From an uncultured Planctomycetota bacterium (lineage in GTDB: Bacteria; Planctomycetota; Planctomycetia; Isosphaerales; Isosphaeraceae): DNA of 64,000 nt. This document shows, piece after piece, positions 34,156 through 45,512 of the stretch. The first letter of the stretch is position 1; each line of letters opens with the position of its first letter. Below the pieces are notes generated by a model. The model did no database searches. It was not told the origin of the DNA and was given only the letters and a program-made list of their open reading frames with translations. Location of the stretch: the NCBI GenBank assembly GCA_963845755.1, contig CAWJTV010000039.1:384001-448000 (forward strand). The letters run 5' to 3'. The position numbers and the translations under genes are program-made.

Positions 34156-34842
34156 ATGCCCCTTGCAGCCGAACCCTACCTCGCCATTTTCGACCATGAC
34201 GGAGTCCTCGTGGACTCGCTCGAGGCTCACCAGCAGGCCTGGTTCGAGCTGGAGCGCCGGACGAAGCTGGGCCTCACGCCCGAGTTCATCCACGCGACCT
34301 TCGGCATGACCAATCCCAGCATCTTCCGCCGCCTGCGAGGCGAGGCCATCACCGAGGACGAGATCCGGCGCTATTCCGATCTGAAGGAAGAGTGCTATCG
34401 CGATGTGGCGCGGGGCCGAATCGTGCTCCTGGACGGGATGCGGCCGGTGCTCGACGCCCTGACGGCGCGCGGCGTGAAGCTGGCGATCGGCTCCAGCGGG
34501 CCGCGGGCCAACCTCGAGCTGACCGTCACGGAATGCGGGCTCGACGGCCGGTTCGCCGCGATCGCGTCGCTGGAGGACATCACCCACGGAAAGCCCGATC
34601 CTCAGATTTTCCTGGTCGCGGCGGCCAAATCGGGCGTCGAGCCGATCCGTTCGGTCGTGTTCGAGGACGCGCCGGTCGGCATCCAGGCCGCCAAGGCCGC
34701 CGGCATGTACGCCGTGGGCTTGACCACCACCGTCCCGGCCGCCGCGCTGGAAGCGGCCGGCGCCGATGAGGTCGTCGCCAACCTCGTGGGCTACGATGTC
34801 GATCGGCTCCTCGAACGGCTCGATGCCGGCGCCGGGTCTTGA
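34156..34842 (+). CDS. HAD-superfamily hydrolase (beta-phosphoglucomutase-like)
   Basis: IFDHDGVLVDS, GKPDPQIF and VFEDAPVGIQAAKAAGM. Confidence 0.92.
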   Translation: MPLAAEPYLAIFDHDGVLVDSLEAHQQAWFELERRTKLGLTPEFIHATFGMTNPSIFRRLRGEAITEDEIRRYSDLKEECYRDVARGRIVLLDGMRPVLDALTARGVKLAIGSSGPRANLELTVTECGLDGRFAAIASLEDITHGKPDPQIFLVAAAKSGVEPIRSVVFEDAPVGIQAAKAAGMYAVGLTTTVPAAALEAAGADEVVANLVGYDVDRLLERLDAGAGS

Positions 34843-34903
34843 GTCGGGTGGGTGAAACGCACCAAGAACGCGGCCCGATACCGAGGGGTTTCACCGACCT
34901 TGC
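34843..34903. repeat. Degenerate REP-like palindrome (GTAGGGTGGGTGAAACCCACC family)
   Basis: GTCGGGTGGGTGAAACGCACC ... GGGGTTTCACCGACCTTGC between convergent genes. Confidence 0.6.
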
Positions 34904-37263
34904 AAAGGCCGGGGTCTGCGTAGGTCGCTGGAACCCTCGGTGAGCTCGATCGTCTGATCCGCGGAGATCTGATGGATTGTCTGGGTCGTGCGGCTCACGG
35001 GCCAGGTCACCGTCAGGGTGTCCACCGTGGTGGCGTCTCCCAGCCCGATCAGCTCCACCAATGAGCTGCCCCCGTAGCTGGACGTGGCGCCGACCTGGCG
35101 GAAGACCGATCGACTCGGGCCGGATGCTGGCGTAACATCCACCCGGATCTTGGCGCCCAGGCCCGCGCGATTGGTCTTTGTCCCGACGATCTTGACCTTG
35201 AGGAAATGTCGGTGGTGGCCGGGGTTCTGGAACAGGAGGTTATGGGCCCGGTCGCCCGGCACCGCGCCGCCCATCTCGACGAACAGGTCGAGATCGCCGT
35301 CGTCATCCCAGTCGGCGAACGAAGACCCGTGCCCCTTCTGGAGGTGGCCGGTGCCCGACGAGGCCGAGATGTCCTCGAACCGACGGCCCTCCACGTTCTT
35401 GTACAGCACGTTGGGCATCAGGCCCGAGTAGTCGGGCCGACCGGTTGCCAGGTAGATGTCCAGGAACCCGTCGTTGTCGATGTCGCCGATGGCCATGCCC
35501 ATCGCCAGGGCGACGCGATCGAGTCCGGCCTCCAGACCGACGTCGCGGAATCCGGCAGATCCGAGGTTCCGGAATAGCCGCGGGCGTTTCACCTTCGGAT
35601 CCGGTGGGCCGAGCATGCTGGCCACGTACTCGTTGAGATTGCCGCCGTAGTCGACGACGAAGAGATCGAGGCGACCGTCGTTGTCGAAGTCGAGGAACCC
35701 GCAGGCGAAGCTCATGATCGGCTCGGTCACGCCCAGCTCGCGGGCGACGTCGGCGAACGTGCCGTCGCCGTTGTTCCGATAGAGCCGATTCTCCGCGCCG
35801 AAGTTCGAGAGATACAGGTCGAGGTCATCGTCGCCGTCGACGTCGCCCCAGGCCGCCGCCTTGGCATAGCGATCGTTCTGCACCCCGGCGCGGGCCGCGA
35901 CGTCGGTGAACGTCCCATCGCCGTTGTTCCGATAGAGCCGGCCGTGATTCCTCGGGTCACCCGGGATCAAGGACGGATCCCCACCAAAGAGTCCGTCCGC
36001 GGCGGACGACGCGTATTCGCCGCAGACATAGAGATCGACGCGCCCGTCGTTGTCGAAATCGCCCCAGGCCGCCGAGTGGGAGGCAATCGGCTCGCCCAGG
36101 CCGCTGGCGATCGTGACGTCCTCGAACGCCCCGCCGCCCGTATTGCGCAGCAGCGTCATGCGCGGCGGCGTTTTCCCAGCCGCCACGGAGCAGGAGCACG
36201 TCCAGCCGCCCGTCGTTGTCGTAATCGGCCTGCACGGCGTTGGTCGCCAGCGGCTGCGCTTTCAGCACGGCGGATCCGGAGCGGTCCTCGAACCGGCCAT
36301 CGCCGCGGTTGACGAACAGCGAGGCTCCCAGGTCTGTGTCGAACGCCGTGGTGAAGACATCGGGCCGGCCGTCGCCGGTGAAGTCGTCGAACACGCTCCC
36401 CCCGGCCATGTTCGGCCCTCGGACATTGAGCCCGACCTGCGTCGCGACGTTCTCGAACCGACCGATATCGAGCCGCGAGCGGAATGGATCGAGCGGGATG
36501 CGCCACTGGGCGGGGACCTGGTCCGGGTATTCCCCGAGCGTCATGTAGGCGAGGTTCAACAGCCAGCGCACGCCGAGGTCTTCGGGCCGTCGGCGGAGGT
36601 AGGCCGTGAAGTGGCCGATCGCCGCGCGCGAACCCGACGGCTGCTGGTGCACGGCTTCGGGCACGATCGGCAAGATGCAGCTCGAAGGCCCCCGACAGTC
36701 CAGGCAATTCTCGGTCTCCCCGCGGCGCAGATGAATCACGCCCAGCAACGCCTCCAGGTTGGCCCTCAGGTCGGCGGGGCGCCTGGGTTCTCTTCCAGGG
36801 CCCGCTCGGTCCACTCGGCCGCCTCGGCGAATCGCCCCTCGTACATCAACAAGTAGACGATCGACGCTTGAACTCGCAGGCGGCGAAACGAAGGGTCGGG
36901 GCCTTCCCGCGGGATCGCGCCCAGCTCGGCGAGCCGATCGGCGAGCCCGCGCTGCGACCGGGTCGCGAACGCATCACGTACTTGCTCGATCGATCCGCGG
37001 TCCTGAATCGGCCCCGTGAACCGGGCCGCCGTTGAGTAGCCCGCCGTCTCGAATCCCCCCGCGCTGAAGATCGGAAACGCCGGGCTAGAGCCGCGCGGCG
37101 TGCCGCGGCGCGGATCCGGCGACGCCAACGCCGCAGCCTGCATCCAGCCGCCCTGCCCCGGGATGGTCCTCTGGGCCCTGGGGGTCGTCAACACCTTGCC
37201 CACCGCACCCAGGAATGTTCCGCACAGCACCAATCCAATCACGAACTTGATGGCCCGTCGCAT
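34891..37263 (-). CDS. CRTAC1/ASPIC-UnbV family FG-GAP repeat protein (indels)
   Basis: RRGETENC, repeated D(F/Y)DNDGxxD motifs, TGHLQKGHG and an ASPIC-like C-terminus (IGLGDATTVDTLTVTWP); ORFs 36766-37557, 35957-36814 and 34891-36186. Confidence 0.88.
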
Positions 37264-37436
37264 CGCGGAATCCCTTGAACCTGGATGGCTGCGTTCACGC
37301 TCCGTGAGAGACCGGCCACAGGGCCTGATCGTGGTGGACGAACCAACCCAGGTGGTGAGGCGGGAGACGATCTGGTCGGCGACCACGATCCCTGGATTAC
37401 ACGTCAACATGGTTCCCTGCGAAAGACAAGCCCCTA

Positions 37437-37545
37437 ACGCGGCCTTCGGCCGCAACCCGATCGGGATTCCCGATTCGAGATTCCGGATTCCCGAAGGGAA
37501 ATGATTCCGGAATCGGGAATCTCGGATCCGGAATTCGGAATCCCC
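37437..37545. repeat. GCGGCCTTCGGCCGC hairpin plus inverted heptamer-repeat block
   Basis: GATTCCC GATTCGA GATTCCG GATTCCC ... GGAATCG GGAATCT CGGATCC GGAATTC GGAATCC; the two halves are mutually inverted. Confidence 0.75.
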
Positions 37546-37667
37546 AGATGCGCGCATGGCGCAGGGAGTCTACGGAGGAAGACTCTAGCGCGGCCATGCC
37601 GCATCCGCCGTCGTCCACGACCGGATTTCCCGCGGAGACTCTTCCCTTCCCAACTACGGACGAACCT

Positions 37668-38249
37668 TCAACCTGGCGCCGGTCCGCGGTAGCCCAGGGC
37701 GACCAGCATACGCTCGAGTCGATCGCGAGCCTCCTGGTCTTGCGGACGCACCCAGTCGCGGCCGATTCGTTCCCAGTCCGGGTCAGTCGGATCGATCCCC
37801 CGGGCCTCCAGGAACCCGGCCCCGCAGATGAAGAACTGGTGGCGGAAGGGGAAGAGGTATCCGCCCTCGGCTTCCAGCGATGCGCGGGCCTCGGAGTATC
37901 GGGCGAACCAGCGATTGAGATAGGCCGCGGCGCCCGCCTCGAAGAACCGTTCGGTGTCGAGCCGCAGCTCCGCCGGAACCTCCAACCTGCGCTTGCAGTC
38001 CTTCCAGGCCGGATAGCCCAGCTCGGCGGCGATCACCGCCAGCGCATGCTTGAGCTGGACCGAATCTCGCCGCCCGAGGATCGCCTCGGCTGCGAGGGCG
38101 GCGAAGGCGGGCAGGATTTGAAACCGTTCGGCGGCGCGGGTGGCTCGAGGAGGGTCCTCGCAGCGGAGGTCCTTGAGCAGGAGCGATGCCCGGATCTTGC
38201 ATTCCGGAAGGGTCGGGGCCGTCGACGCGGCCCGGCGCGGTGTCCTCAT
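37668..38249 (-). CDS. Hypothetical protein
   Basis: About 193 aa with natural composition (KHALAVIAAELGYPAW, LNRWFARY, GGYLFPFRHQFF, DWERIGRDW); GGGAG RBS. Confidence 0.75.
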   Translation of the reverse strand: MRTPRRAASTAPTLPECKIRASLLLKDLRCEDPPRATRAAERFQILPAFAALAAEAILGRRDSVQLKHALAVIAAELGYPAWKDCKRRLEVPAELRLDTERFFEAGAAAYLNRWFARYSEARASLEAEGGYLFPFRHQFFICGAGFLEARGIDPTDPDWERIGRDWVRPQDQEARDRLERMLVALGYRGPAPG

Positions 38250-38523
38250 CGCGGAGTCTCCCATGATTTCGAACGGCCCTCAACCCGATCTGGGGCCATT
38301 CCTGGGGCTCGCGGAGGATGCAAGGCACGTGAGACGAGCCGATCGGGGGTGACGTCGTCTTTCTCGGGTGCAGGCGCCCCCCGGCACCTGACTCTTGACG
38401 ATCTTACCAGACCGTCTCAGAAATCGACACCAGGCGGACTCTCGAGGTTCGCCCCGTATCGAACCCGAGGACGTGGACTCCCATCGGAGAATCGGCACGG
38501 AGGGCTCGTGGCGCTCGATCCGT

Positions 38524-39195
38524 TCAATTGCCCTGATGGAGGCCGACGCTCTCGACTCCCTCGAGCGCATTGAGCTCCATGACCAGATCGGCCGGTACAC
38601 AGCCCTGCCGGAGCAGGACGCGATAGGCCAGCTCCAGGGATGCTCCCTGACGCGCCGTGCCGACGGAGGTCAGCGTGAATTGTCGCGTCGCGGTGCCGAG
38701 GAGCTGTTCGGCCGCGGGCCGGGCCCCCGCCGATGCCGCGATCCGGAGCGCCAGGGTGCATTCGGCCCCGTGCCAGTTGTCGACCCGGCGCGGCCACAGC
38801 ACCAGCGACGCGGCGAAGACGATCCCCAGGCCCACCAACCCTACCACCAGATGGTTCGCACCCGAGGCCATGCCGACGACCACGGCGAAGATGACGAAGG
38901 CCGTGTCCTGACTGTCCTTGACCACCGTCCGGAACCGCACCACCGACAGGGCCCCGACCAGGCTGAACGCCCGGGCCACGTTGTCGCCGATGACCTGCGT
39001 CGCCATGGCGATCACTGTGGCCAGCAACACCAGCGTGGTCAGGAACGTCACGCGCACCGGCTCCCCGCGCCGGGCCCATCGGTAGATCCCGGCGACCGCC
39101 GCGCCGAGGATCAGCGCCATCCCGATCCGCCAGATCAACACCGCGGGCGCCGGTTCCGAGCCATTCGCCAGCGACGTTTGCAGCCATTCAGGCAT
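38524..39195 (-). CDS. DUF4956 family membrane protein
   Basis: IGDNVARAFSLVGALSVVRFRTVVKD...VVGMASG, several TM helices and a C-terminal soluble domain. Confidence 0.85.
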   Translation of the reverse strand: MPEWLQTSLANGSEPAPAVLIWRIGMALILGAAVAGIYRWARRGEPVRVTFLTTLVLLATVIAMATQVIGDNVARAFSLVGALSVVRFRTVVKDSQDTAFVIFAVVVGMASGANHLVVGLVGLGIVFAASLVLWPRRVDNWHGAECTLALRIAASAGARPAAEQLLGTATRQFTLTSVGTARQGASLELAYRVLLRQGCVPADLVMELNALEGVESVGLHQGN

Positions 39196-39237
39196 CGACC
39201 ATCTCCCGAAGAAGAGTCCCCCGTTGAGCATTTCTCG

Positions 39238-41475
39238 TCATGGCGTGACCTTGCGGATCTCCGGGTGATTGAGGAGGTACTTGCGCCGTTGCTCGGCGAA
39301 CGCCCGCAGTCCCGAGCCCGGCCGGCGCCGGAATCCGCTGCCGCCGGGTCCGCGGGTGCGTCGGCCACGGCCTTCTGGAATGCGGCCAGCGAACTCAACT
39401 TGCGCGTGTCGGACTCGACGTCCTTCTCGATCAAGGCCCGGTACTGGGCCACGACCGGTCCGAGCGTGTTCCAGTCCAGCCACTTCTCGGCGATGGCGCG
39501 GACATGGTCGAGGTACCGGGCCTTCAGGCTCGGGACGGCCAGCAACCGGCTCCGCAACGGCTTGCGCGCGTCGTCCAGGCCGATCAAGGGATCGATCTCG
39601 ATCCCCGACGGCCGAGGCCCACCTCCGGCCGCTCGGCCACCCGGACCGCCCGGACCCGGACCGCCACCCGGTCCACCTCCGCCGGGACCGGGCCGACCAC
39701 CCGGTCCGCCGCGACCACGACCGCCGAACCCCGGCCCGCCAGGACCGAAACCCATCGCCGCCTGGAAGGTCTCGTTCGCATCGTGAGGAATCATGTGGAA
39801 CTTCCCCTTTGCGTCGCGATAGATGCTGTAGTCGCTGGCCCGGGTCCAGTAGCCGTCGCCGTTGATCAGGGCGTTGTCGATCGCCAGGAACCAGAGCGTG
39901 CCGTCGATGTCGAGGATCGGCTTCAAGGCCTCTTCCAGCTTGTCCAGCGGGGTCTCGTTGAGGACCTTGCAGAGCGCGATCAGGGCTTTCCAGTCCTTCG
40001 GGTCATCGTCGGATTTGATCTCGAACCGGCGCTTGTATTCCTCGACGTTCTCGCCGAGGTAGCGCAGGCCGCCGTCCGCGCCGGGGTTCCCCGGCACTTT
40101 CCAGCGGGCGCCTTTGCTACTGGGGAAGTTCTCCGTCAGGAAGGTCTTGTCGAACTGCTGGGCGTTGACATACAGGCCCCAGCTTTCGCCGTTGATGACC
40201 ACCCGGACGAAGTTGGCCTTCGGCGCCGGGATGTATTGCCGGGCGACGTGGAGGTACAGGACCGTGTGCAGGAAGGTCGGATCGTCGTGCGAATTGAGCA
40301 GGTTGAGCGTCTTGTAGCCGAGGAGGCGCTGGTCGGGATCGACGAAATCGAGGGACAGATTGAGCGACCGCTTGTGGCCCTCGCGCACCCCCATGAAGGA
40401 CGAGAGCCCGCGGTTATGCACGCCAACGTTGGGATACGACTTGCCGTCAACGACCAGCGTCGCCGGGACTTCGACGTCGGAGTGGTAGAAGTCGGCGAGC
40501 TCGTCCTCCCAGCCCTTGTCTGCGAAATCGAGGAAGAGGGTTCGAATGATGGTCGGCTCGTAGAGCGACTTGCCGGGGAAGGTCTCGACGTCGCCCGGTT
40601 GGAGGCGTCGGCCGGGTTTCGGCGGATCGGAGTTCTCCCGGCCAAAGCCGCCGGGTCCGCCGGGCGGTCCGAAGCCGCCGGGGCCGCCGGGTCCGAAGCC
40701 GCGACGGCCCCGGCCGCCCGATTCGCGTTCCTTCTTGACGGCAAGTCGAGCGGCCAGACGCTCGGACTGGCTCAACCGGCCATCGGCGTCCTGATCGAAC
40801 TTGGCGACGAGTTTGCGATCCCCACCCATGGGACCACCCGGACCGAAGCCGGGAGGCGGCCCCATGCCGCCGATTCATCGCCGAGGCCAGGCCATCCCCA
40901 TCAATCGATCCTTTCTTGTCCCGGTCGGCGTCGCGGACGAACTGCTCGGCGGCCTTGGCCGCTTCTTCCGGGGTGAGTCGTCCGTCCTTGTTCGTGTCGG
41001 CGAGCTCCATCACCTGGGGAGCCAGGAACATGCCGGGACCGAAACCCGGCGGCGGGCCTCCGCCCGGGTCGTCGGGTTCGAAGCCCGGCGGCGGGCCGAG
41101 CCGCCGGTTGATCGCTTCCCGCAGTGCCCCCAGGTCCAGCGAGCCCTTTTTCTCGTTGTCGGCGTCGCGGACGAACTGTTCGGCGGCCCTGGCCGCCTCC
41201 CCAGGCGCAAGGCGGTCATCCTCGTCCGCGTCGGCCGCCTCCAGGATCCGGGCGCCAGGAAGGACCCGGGCCCGAAGCCTCCCGGCGGTCCACCAGGGCC
41301 ACCGGGCCCGATTCCTCCCGGTGGTTGTGCAGGGTGCGCGCAGCCCGCCCGGATCCAGCAGGACGACATCCACCGATGCGCTCTGGTCCGGCGGGGCCAT
41401 CATGCCCAGCGTCACCGCGGAGACCAGTGCGAGCCCGACCGCGATCTGCAAGAACGAGCCGGTGATTCTTGACAT
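39238..41475 (-). CDS. CotH kinase family protein with EF-hand-like repeats and Gly/Pro-rich linkers (indels)
   Basis: VGVHNRGLSS, KRSLNL, YKTLNLLN, VINGESWGLY, INGDGY...SDY and PHDANE; N-terminal DTNKDGRLT and DQDADGRLS loops. Confidence 0.85.
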
Positions 41476-41838
41476 GATGGCTCCCGTCTCGTGTGGTTGG
41501 TTCAATCCAGGAAAGCTTGCCACGATTCGATCACGGATCGGCATGCACTCCGGAGCCCGGATGTCGCGACTCATACGAAGTCCCGGAGGCGACCGCTTCC
41601 TCACTCAATCTTCACGTTCCACAATACCCGAGAACGGCCGGAGGGACGATCCGGAGACAAATCCGTCCGAAATCATTCGGTGGTCGGCGATGCCGATGAC
41701 GTTCCCGGCTTTCGGACCCTGACCCACGGCCAACATGCCGGCCCCTCCTCAGCCGGGCCGTTTTTTGGTACCGTCGAGACCAACCCGACGGATACGGATT
41801 TCGGACGAACTTCGACAACCTCAGGAGCTTCATTCGCG

Positions 41839-42689
41839 ATGACGAAAACAACGACGATCACGCCGTTGCGCTCGATCCTCTCGGCCGCGATGGCCGTTGC
41901 GGTTCTGGTGTCCCCGGTGGGAGCGACCAAGGCGCGCGCCGCGGATCCCGGCCAGGCGGAGACCGAGAAGGACAAGGCGTTGACCAAGACTCAGAGCGGG
42001 CTCCAGTACCGCGACATCGAGGAAGGAAAGGGGGAGAAACCCAAGGAGAGCGAGGTGTGCGTGGTCCATTACACCGGCTGGCTCTGGGAGAACGACCTCA
42101 AGGGCAAGAAGTTTGATAGCTCGAAAGACCGTGGCGTGCCGTTCGCCTTTCCGCTCGGCCAGCACAAGGTGATCCCGGGCTGGGATGAGGGCGTCGCCAC
42201 CATGAAGGTCGGCGGCAAGCGCGAGCTGATCATTCCCCCCAAGCTCGGCTATGGAGAGAGGGGATTCCCCGGCGCCATTCCCCCCAATTCCACGCTCTTC
42301 TTCGAGGTCGAGCTGCTGGATAAGTTCACGAAGACCGAGAGCGGACTCCAGTATCGCGACGTCAAGGTGGGGACCGGTGCGCAGCCCAAGGCCGGCCAGA
42401 CCTGCGTGATGCATTACACCGGCTGGCTGTGGCACAATCCCGGCAAAGGGAAGAAGTTTGACAGTTCCCGGGACAACGGCCCACAGCCGAACGGCCAGCC
42501 GTTCCCCTTCCGACTGGCCGCGAAGGAGGTCATTGAGGGTTGGGACGAGGGTGTTGCCACCATGAAAGTCGGCGGCAAGCGCGAGCTGATCATTCCCCCC
42601 AAACTGGGCTATGGCGCGACCGGCTCCAGCGGGCCATTCCCCCCAATGCCACCTTGTTCTTCGAGGTCGAGCTGCTGGACGTGAAGTGA
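41839..42689 (+). CDS. Secreted two-domain FKBP-type peptidyl-prolyl isomerase (indel near 42630)
   Basis: Signal peptide; two copies of SGLQYRD...HYTGWL...KFDSS...VIxGWDEGVATMKVGGKRELIIPPKLGYG. Confidence 0.93.
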
Positions 42690-42947
42690 ACTGGCGCGGG
42701 GCGTGGGGAGAAAAGACCGGTCCTTCTCGGCACTCACCACGCCCGAGGTCCGATGCAACTCCGGTTGACCGTAATCGGGATTTCGGTATAGATAGCCCTC
42801 GACTTGAGCAAATCTCCGCATCAGATCTCGTTTTTTCGGTTCAACGTCGTGTCCCCTCCCCGGGTGGGAGCCGCCGGAAACGTCCGGCGGCCGGGGGCCG
42901 ATCCGAATCTTCCAGTCGCCCGGTGGATTCCCAGGGAGGGCGCCGTG

Positions 42948-43907
42948 ATGGCACGGAACGGAGTTCGCACTCGGTTTTCCCCGCAGGTCGCACGGCGACA
43001 TGCCTGGCCGCGGGATCTGATCGTGATGGTGGTCTTGGGCCTGGGCTCGATCGCGCCGGGCCGCTGCGAAGCGGCCGGGATCGCCCGGTATCTCACACCG
43101 CGGGATCAGTCAAATTCCCTCTTGCTCTCGGAGACCGGCCAGCCGATCGCGGACCGCTCGCCGGCCCATCCCGGAGCGGCGTCATCCCAGGGTAGCCTAC
43201 CGGCTTACGCCGCGTTCCCCCTCTTCGGCGGCGAACATTTGCCGACGGGAATCCCGACGTTGACGACCGGTCCCCAGGCGGGCGATACGACGGTCGGACC
43301 GCTGGACCTCACCCCGATGGTCCAGGCCAACCTGAACGCGGTCCTGAACGCCTCGGGGATGGCCGTCGTGCAGACGCCGACCCAAGGCTACGCCGTCGAG
43401 TACCTGCCACGCTATGCCCAGATCCAGGCCCATGAGGCGTCGTCGGCCAGATCTGGAACGGGCACGACATCAACGAATACCGCCGCAACCAATCCGAGCT
43501 CGTTGTCCGCCCTGGAGTCGAATCTCACCATCGAGGGCATCCCGGCCAAGGAGATCGCGAACTGGGTGAAGACCGGGTCGAACGGGGTCGCCCAGTGGAC
43601 GTTGACCGAGCTTTCCGCCCTCGAGAAGGCACTCAAGATCAGTCCGAAGCCGACCGCCACGAAACCCGGCTTGAACGTCCAGGCGCAGGTGCTGGCGCCC
43701 CCGCTGGCGAATGGCTCCGCGCCGCTGCCGACTCCTCTCCCGGAGCCCAGCACCTGGCTGGTCTTCGGCCTGATCCTCGGGGCCGCCGGGTTGCGGCAAT
43801 GGGCCGGCAGAAGGCGGCATTTCTCCGACAGGCTCCCTCACGGCAACGGGCAGTCCAGCGCCAGCGCGGCGACAGCCCAGCCGGTGGCTGCCGCCGAGAT
43901 GAATTGA
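42948..43907 (+). CDS. PEP-CTERM sorting-domain protein
   Basis: Signal-like N-terminus, low-complexity Thr/Pro/Ala body and LPEPSTWLVFGLILGAAGLRQWAGRRR. Confidence 0.8.
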   Translation: MARNGVRTRFSPQVARRHAWPRDLIVMVVLGLGSIAPGRCEAAGIARYLTPRDQSNSLLLSETGQPIADRSPAHPGAASSQGSLPAYAAFPLFGGEHLPTGIPTLTTGPQAGDTTVGPLDLTPMVQANLNAVLNASGMAVVQTPTQGYAVEYLPRYAQIQAHEASSARSGTGTTSTNTAATNPSSLSALESNLTIEGIPAKEIANWVKTGSNGVAQWTLTELSALEKALKISPKPTATKPGLNVQAQVLAPPLANGSAPLPTPLPEPSTWLVFGLILGAAGLRQWAGRRRHFSDRLPHGNGQSSASAATAQPVAAAEMN

Positions 43908-44992
43908 TCCGGCCCGTGCGGGAACCCGCTCTCGAAGTAGGGCTGGAATGGGCGGCTCCGCGACTTGACGAACCAGGAGCCGTCCGCGCGCTGGGTCTTG
44001 ATCAGGAATGCGAGTCCGCGCCGGTATGCGACGTGGTTGGTGGCCAGGCCGCCGGCCTGGTGCAGCGCGACCAGCGCCGAGCCGGTGGCGTAGGCATCGC
44101 TGGCATGGGCATCGACCGCACTACGTCCTGAGTCCTTCGCCGCCTTGGTCGGTTCGGCCGGAGCCGGGCCGTCGAGCTGGCTCCAACCGCCATCGGGCTG
44201 CTGAGTCCGGATCAGCTCGGCGGTCGCGGCTTCGAGGTCTTTCGCCTCGGCCCCGGCGAGTTCGAGGCCCCAGAGCCGAAAGACGCGGTCTTCGGTCTCG
44301 CGCGGCTTTGCCTGGAGCAGCCACTTCAGGACCTCGCCGCGGCGCCCGAGTTCCGGCGAAGGCGACCCGGCCGTCGGCTTCGCGTCCCGGTCTTTACCCT
44401 TCGATTCGGTCCGTGGACCGAACGCGCGCAGACCCCGCAGCGCCAGGACCGTGGCCGTGAAGTCGCTCGACTCCGACGGCGGCCGATGCGACCCGGCCAG
44501 CCAGTGGCCGCTCCGGAGCGGGACCACGTTCAGATAATGGCTCACTGCGGCCGTCGTCTCGTCCGGCTCCCAGCCGGCGGCCTCCAGTGCCCACAGAGCA
44601 TACCCGGCTCGGATGACGCTCCCCGGCTGACCCTTGCCTTTCTGGTAATCGTCGAGGGCCGTGCCCAGGTCGGCCTCGGTATGCTCGGCGATGGCGCGCA
44701 GCGTGTCGGCCTCGACCGCGAACCCGCGCCGACGGGCCAGGTCCAGCGCCACCGCCGGCACCGCCTGGTTGTGGCAAGAGAAACAATCGCGGTGCCGCGG
44801 ATACTCCTCGGCGCCGGCCTTTACCAGAAGCGGCAGCGCCCGCTCAACTGCCGTACGGATCGATTCCCGGCCCGGATCCGACACCGAGCCGGGTCCTCCA
44901 TCTTCCGCGGCCATGACGAGGCTACCCCCGGCCAAACCCGCGACCAGGACCAATGACGCATGCAGAATTCGCGCAGGCCAATATGAACCCAT
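43838..44992 (-). CDS. Prenyltransferase/squalene-oxidase repeat protein
   Basis: CFSCHNQ, QQPDGGW, SDAYATGSALVAL, TQRADGSWFVKSRS and FESGFPHGPDQFIS. Confidence 0.85.
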   Translation of the reverse strand: MGSYWPARILHASLVLVAGLAGGSLVMAAEDGGPGSVSDPGRESIRTAVERALPLLVKAGAEEYPRHRDCFSCHNQAVPAVALDLARRRGFAVEADTLRAIAEHTEADLGTALDDYQKGKGQPGSVIRAGYALWALEAAGWEPDETTAAVSHYLNVVPLRSGHWLAGSHRPPSESSDFTATVLALRGLRAFGPRTESKGKDRDAKPTAGSPSPELGRRGEVLKWLLQAKPRETEDRVFRLWGLELAGAEAKDLEAATAELIRTQQPDGGWSQLDGPAPAEPTKAAKDSGRSAVDAHASDAYATGSALVALHQAGGLATNHVAYRRGLAFLIKTQRADGSWFVKSRSRPFQPYFESGFPHGPDQFISAAATGWAVAALALDCPLP

Positions 44993-45054
44993 TGTGATAT
45001 CCGTATTCGCCTCGACCGGTACAGCCCTTGGTTAAGTGATTGTCCGTGGACCTC

Positions 45055-45118
45055 GTGGGGTGGGTGAATTCCACCAAGAATCAATCGAACCGATCCTGGT
45101 GGGTTTCACCCATCCTAC
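45055..45118. repeat. REP-like palindrome
   Basis: GTGGGGTGGGTGAATTCCACCA ... TGGTGGGTTTCACCCATCCTAC. Confidence 0.7.
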
Positions 45119-45512
45119 AAATCTGGCGGCATAACGACTTCGGCCATCATTCTCGGCGAGCTCGACGACTCACGCCAAGCCATGGACCTCGATTATGCAG
45201 TCACGCTCGCTCGCACTGCGACGTATAATCGACAGAGAGGCACACGGGGTGTGCTCGGAACCGCCGGGAGAATTGTCGCCGATTGGCGCGATCAGTGACA
45301 GGGGTGAGTTGCCGTGCGCGGTGGGGCACTCGCCTGATCGAACCGGATCAAAAAGAGTCTCATTCCTGGCGATCCGGGGGAAGTCGGGGGGCGTAGAATA
45401 CTCAAGAGGCGGCCCCTAGTGAGTCGAAAAAGATTGTGACATCTGATCGTGGCTCGACTCGCCGCCCAACCATTGCAGCCCCGGCTGGGGCTTACTTCTC
45501 TGCGAGGGCGTC

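Noticed and set aside
41990..42690. Long direct DNA repeat
   Set aside because: Explained by the two tandem FKBP domains.
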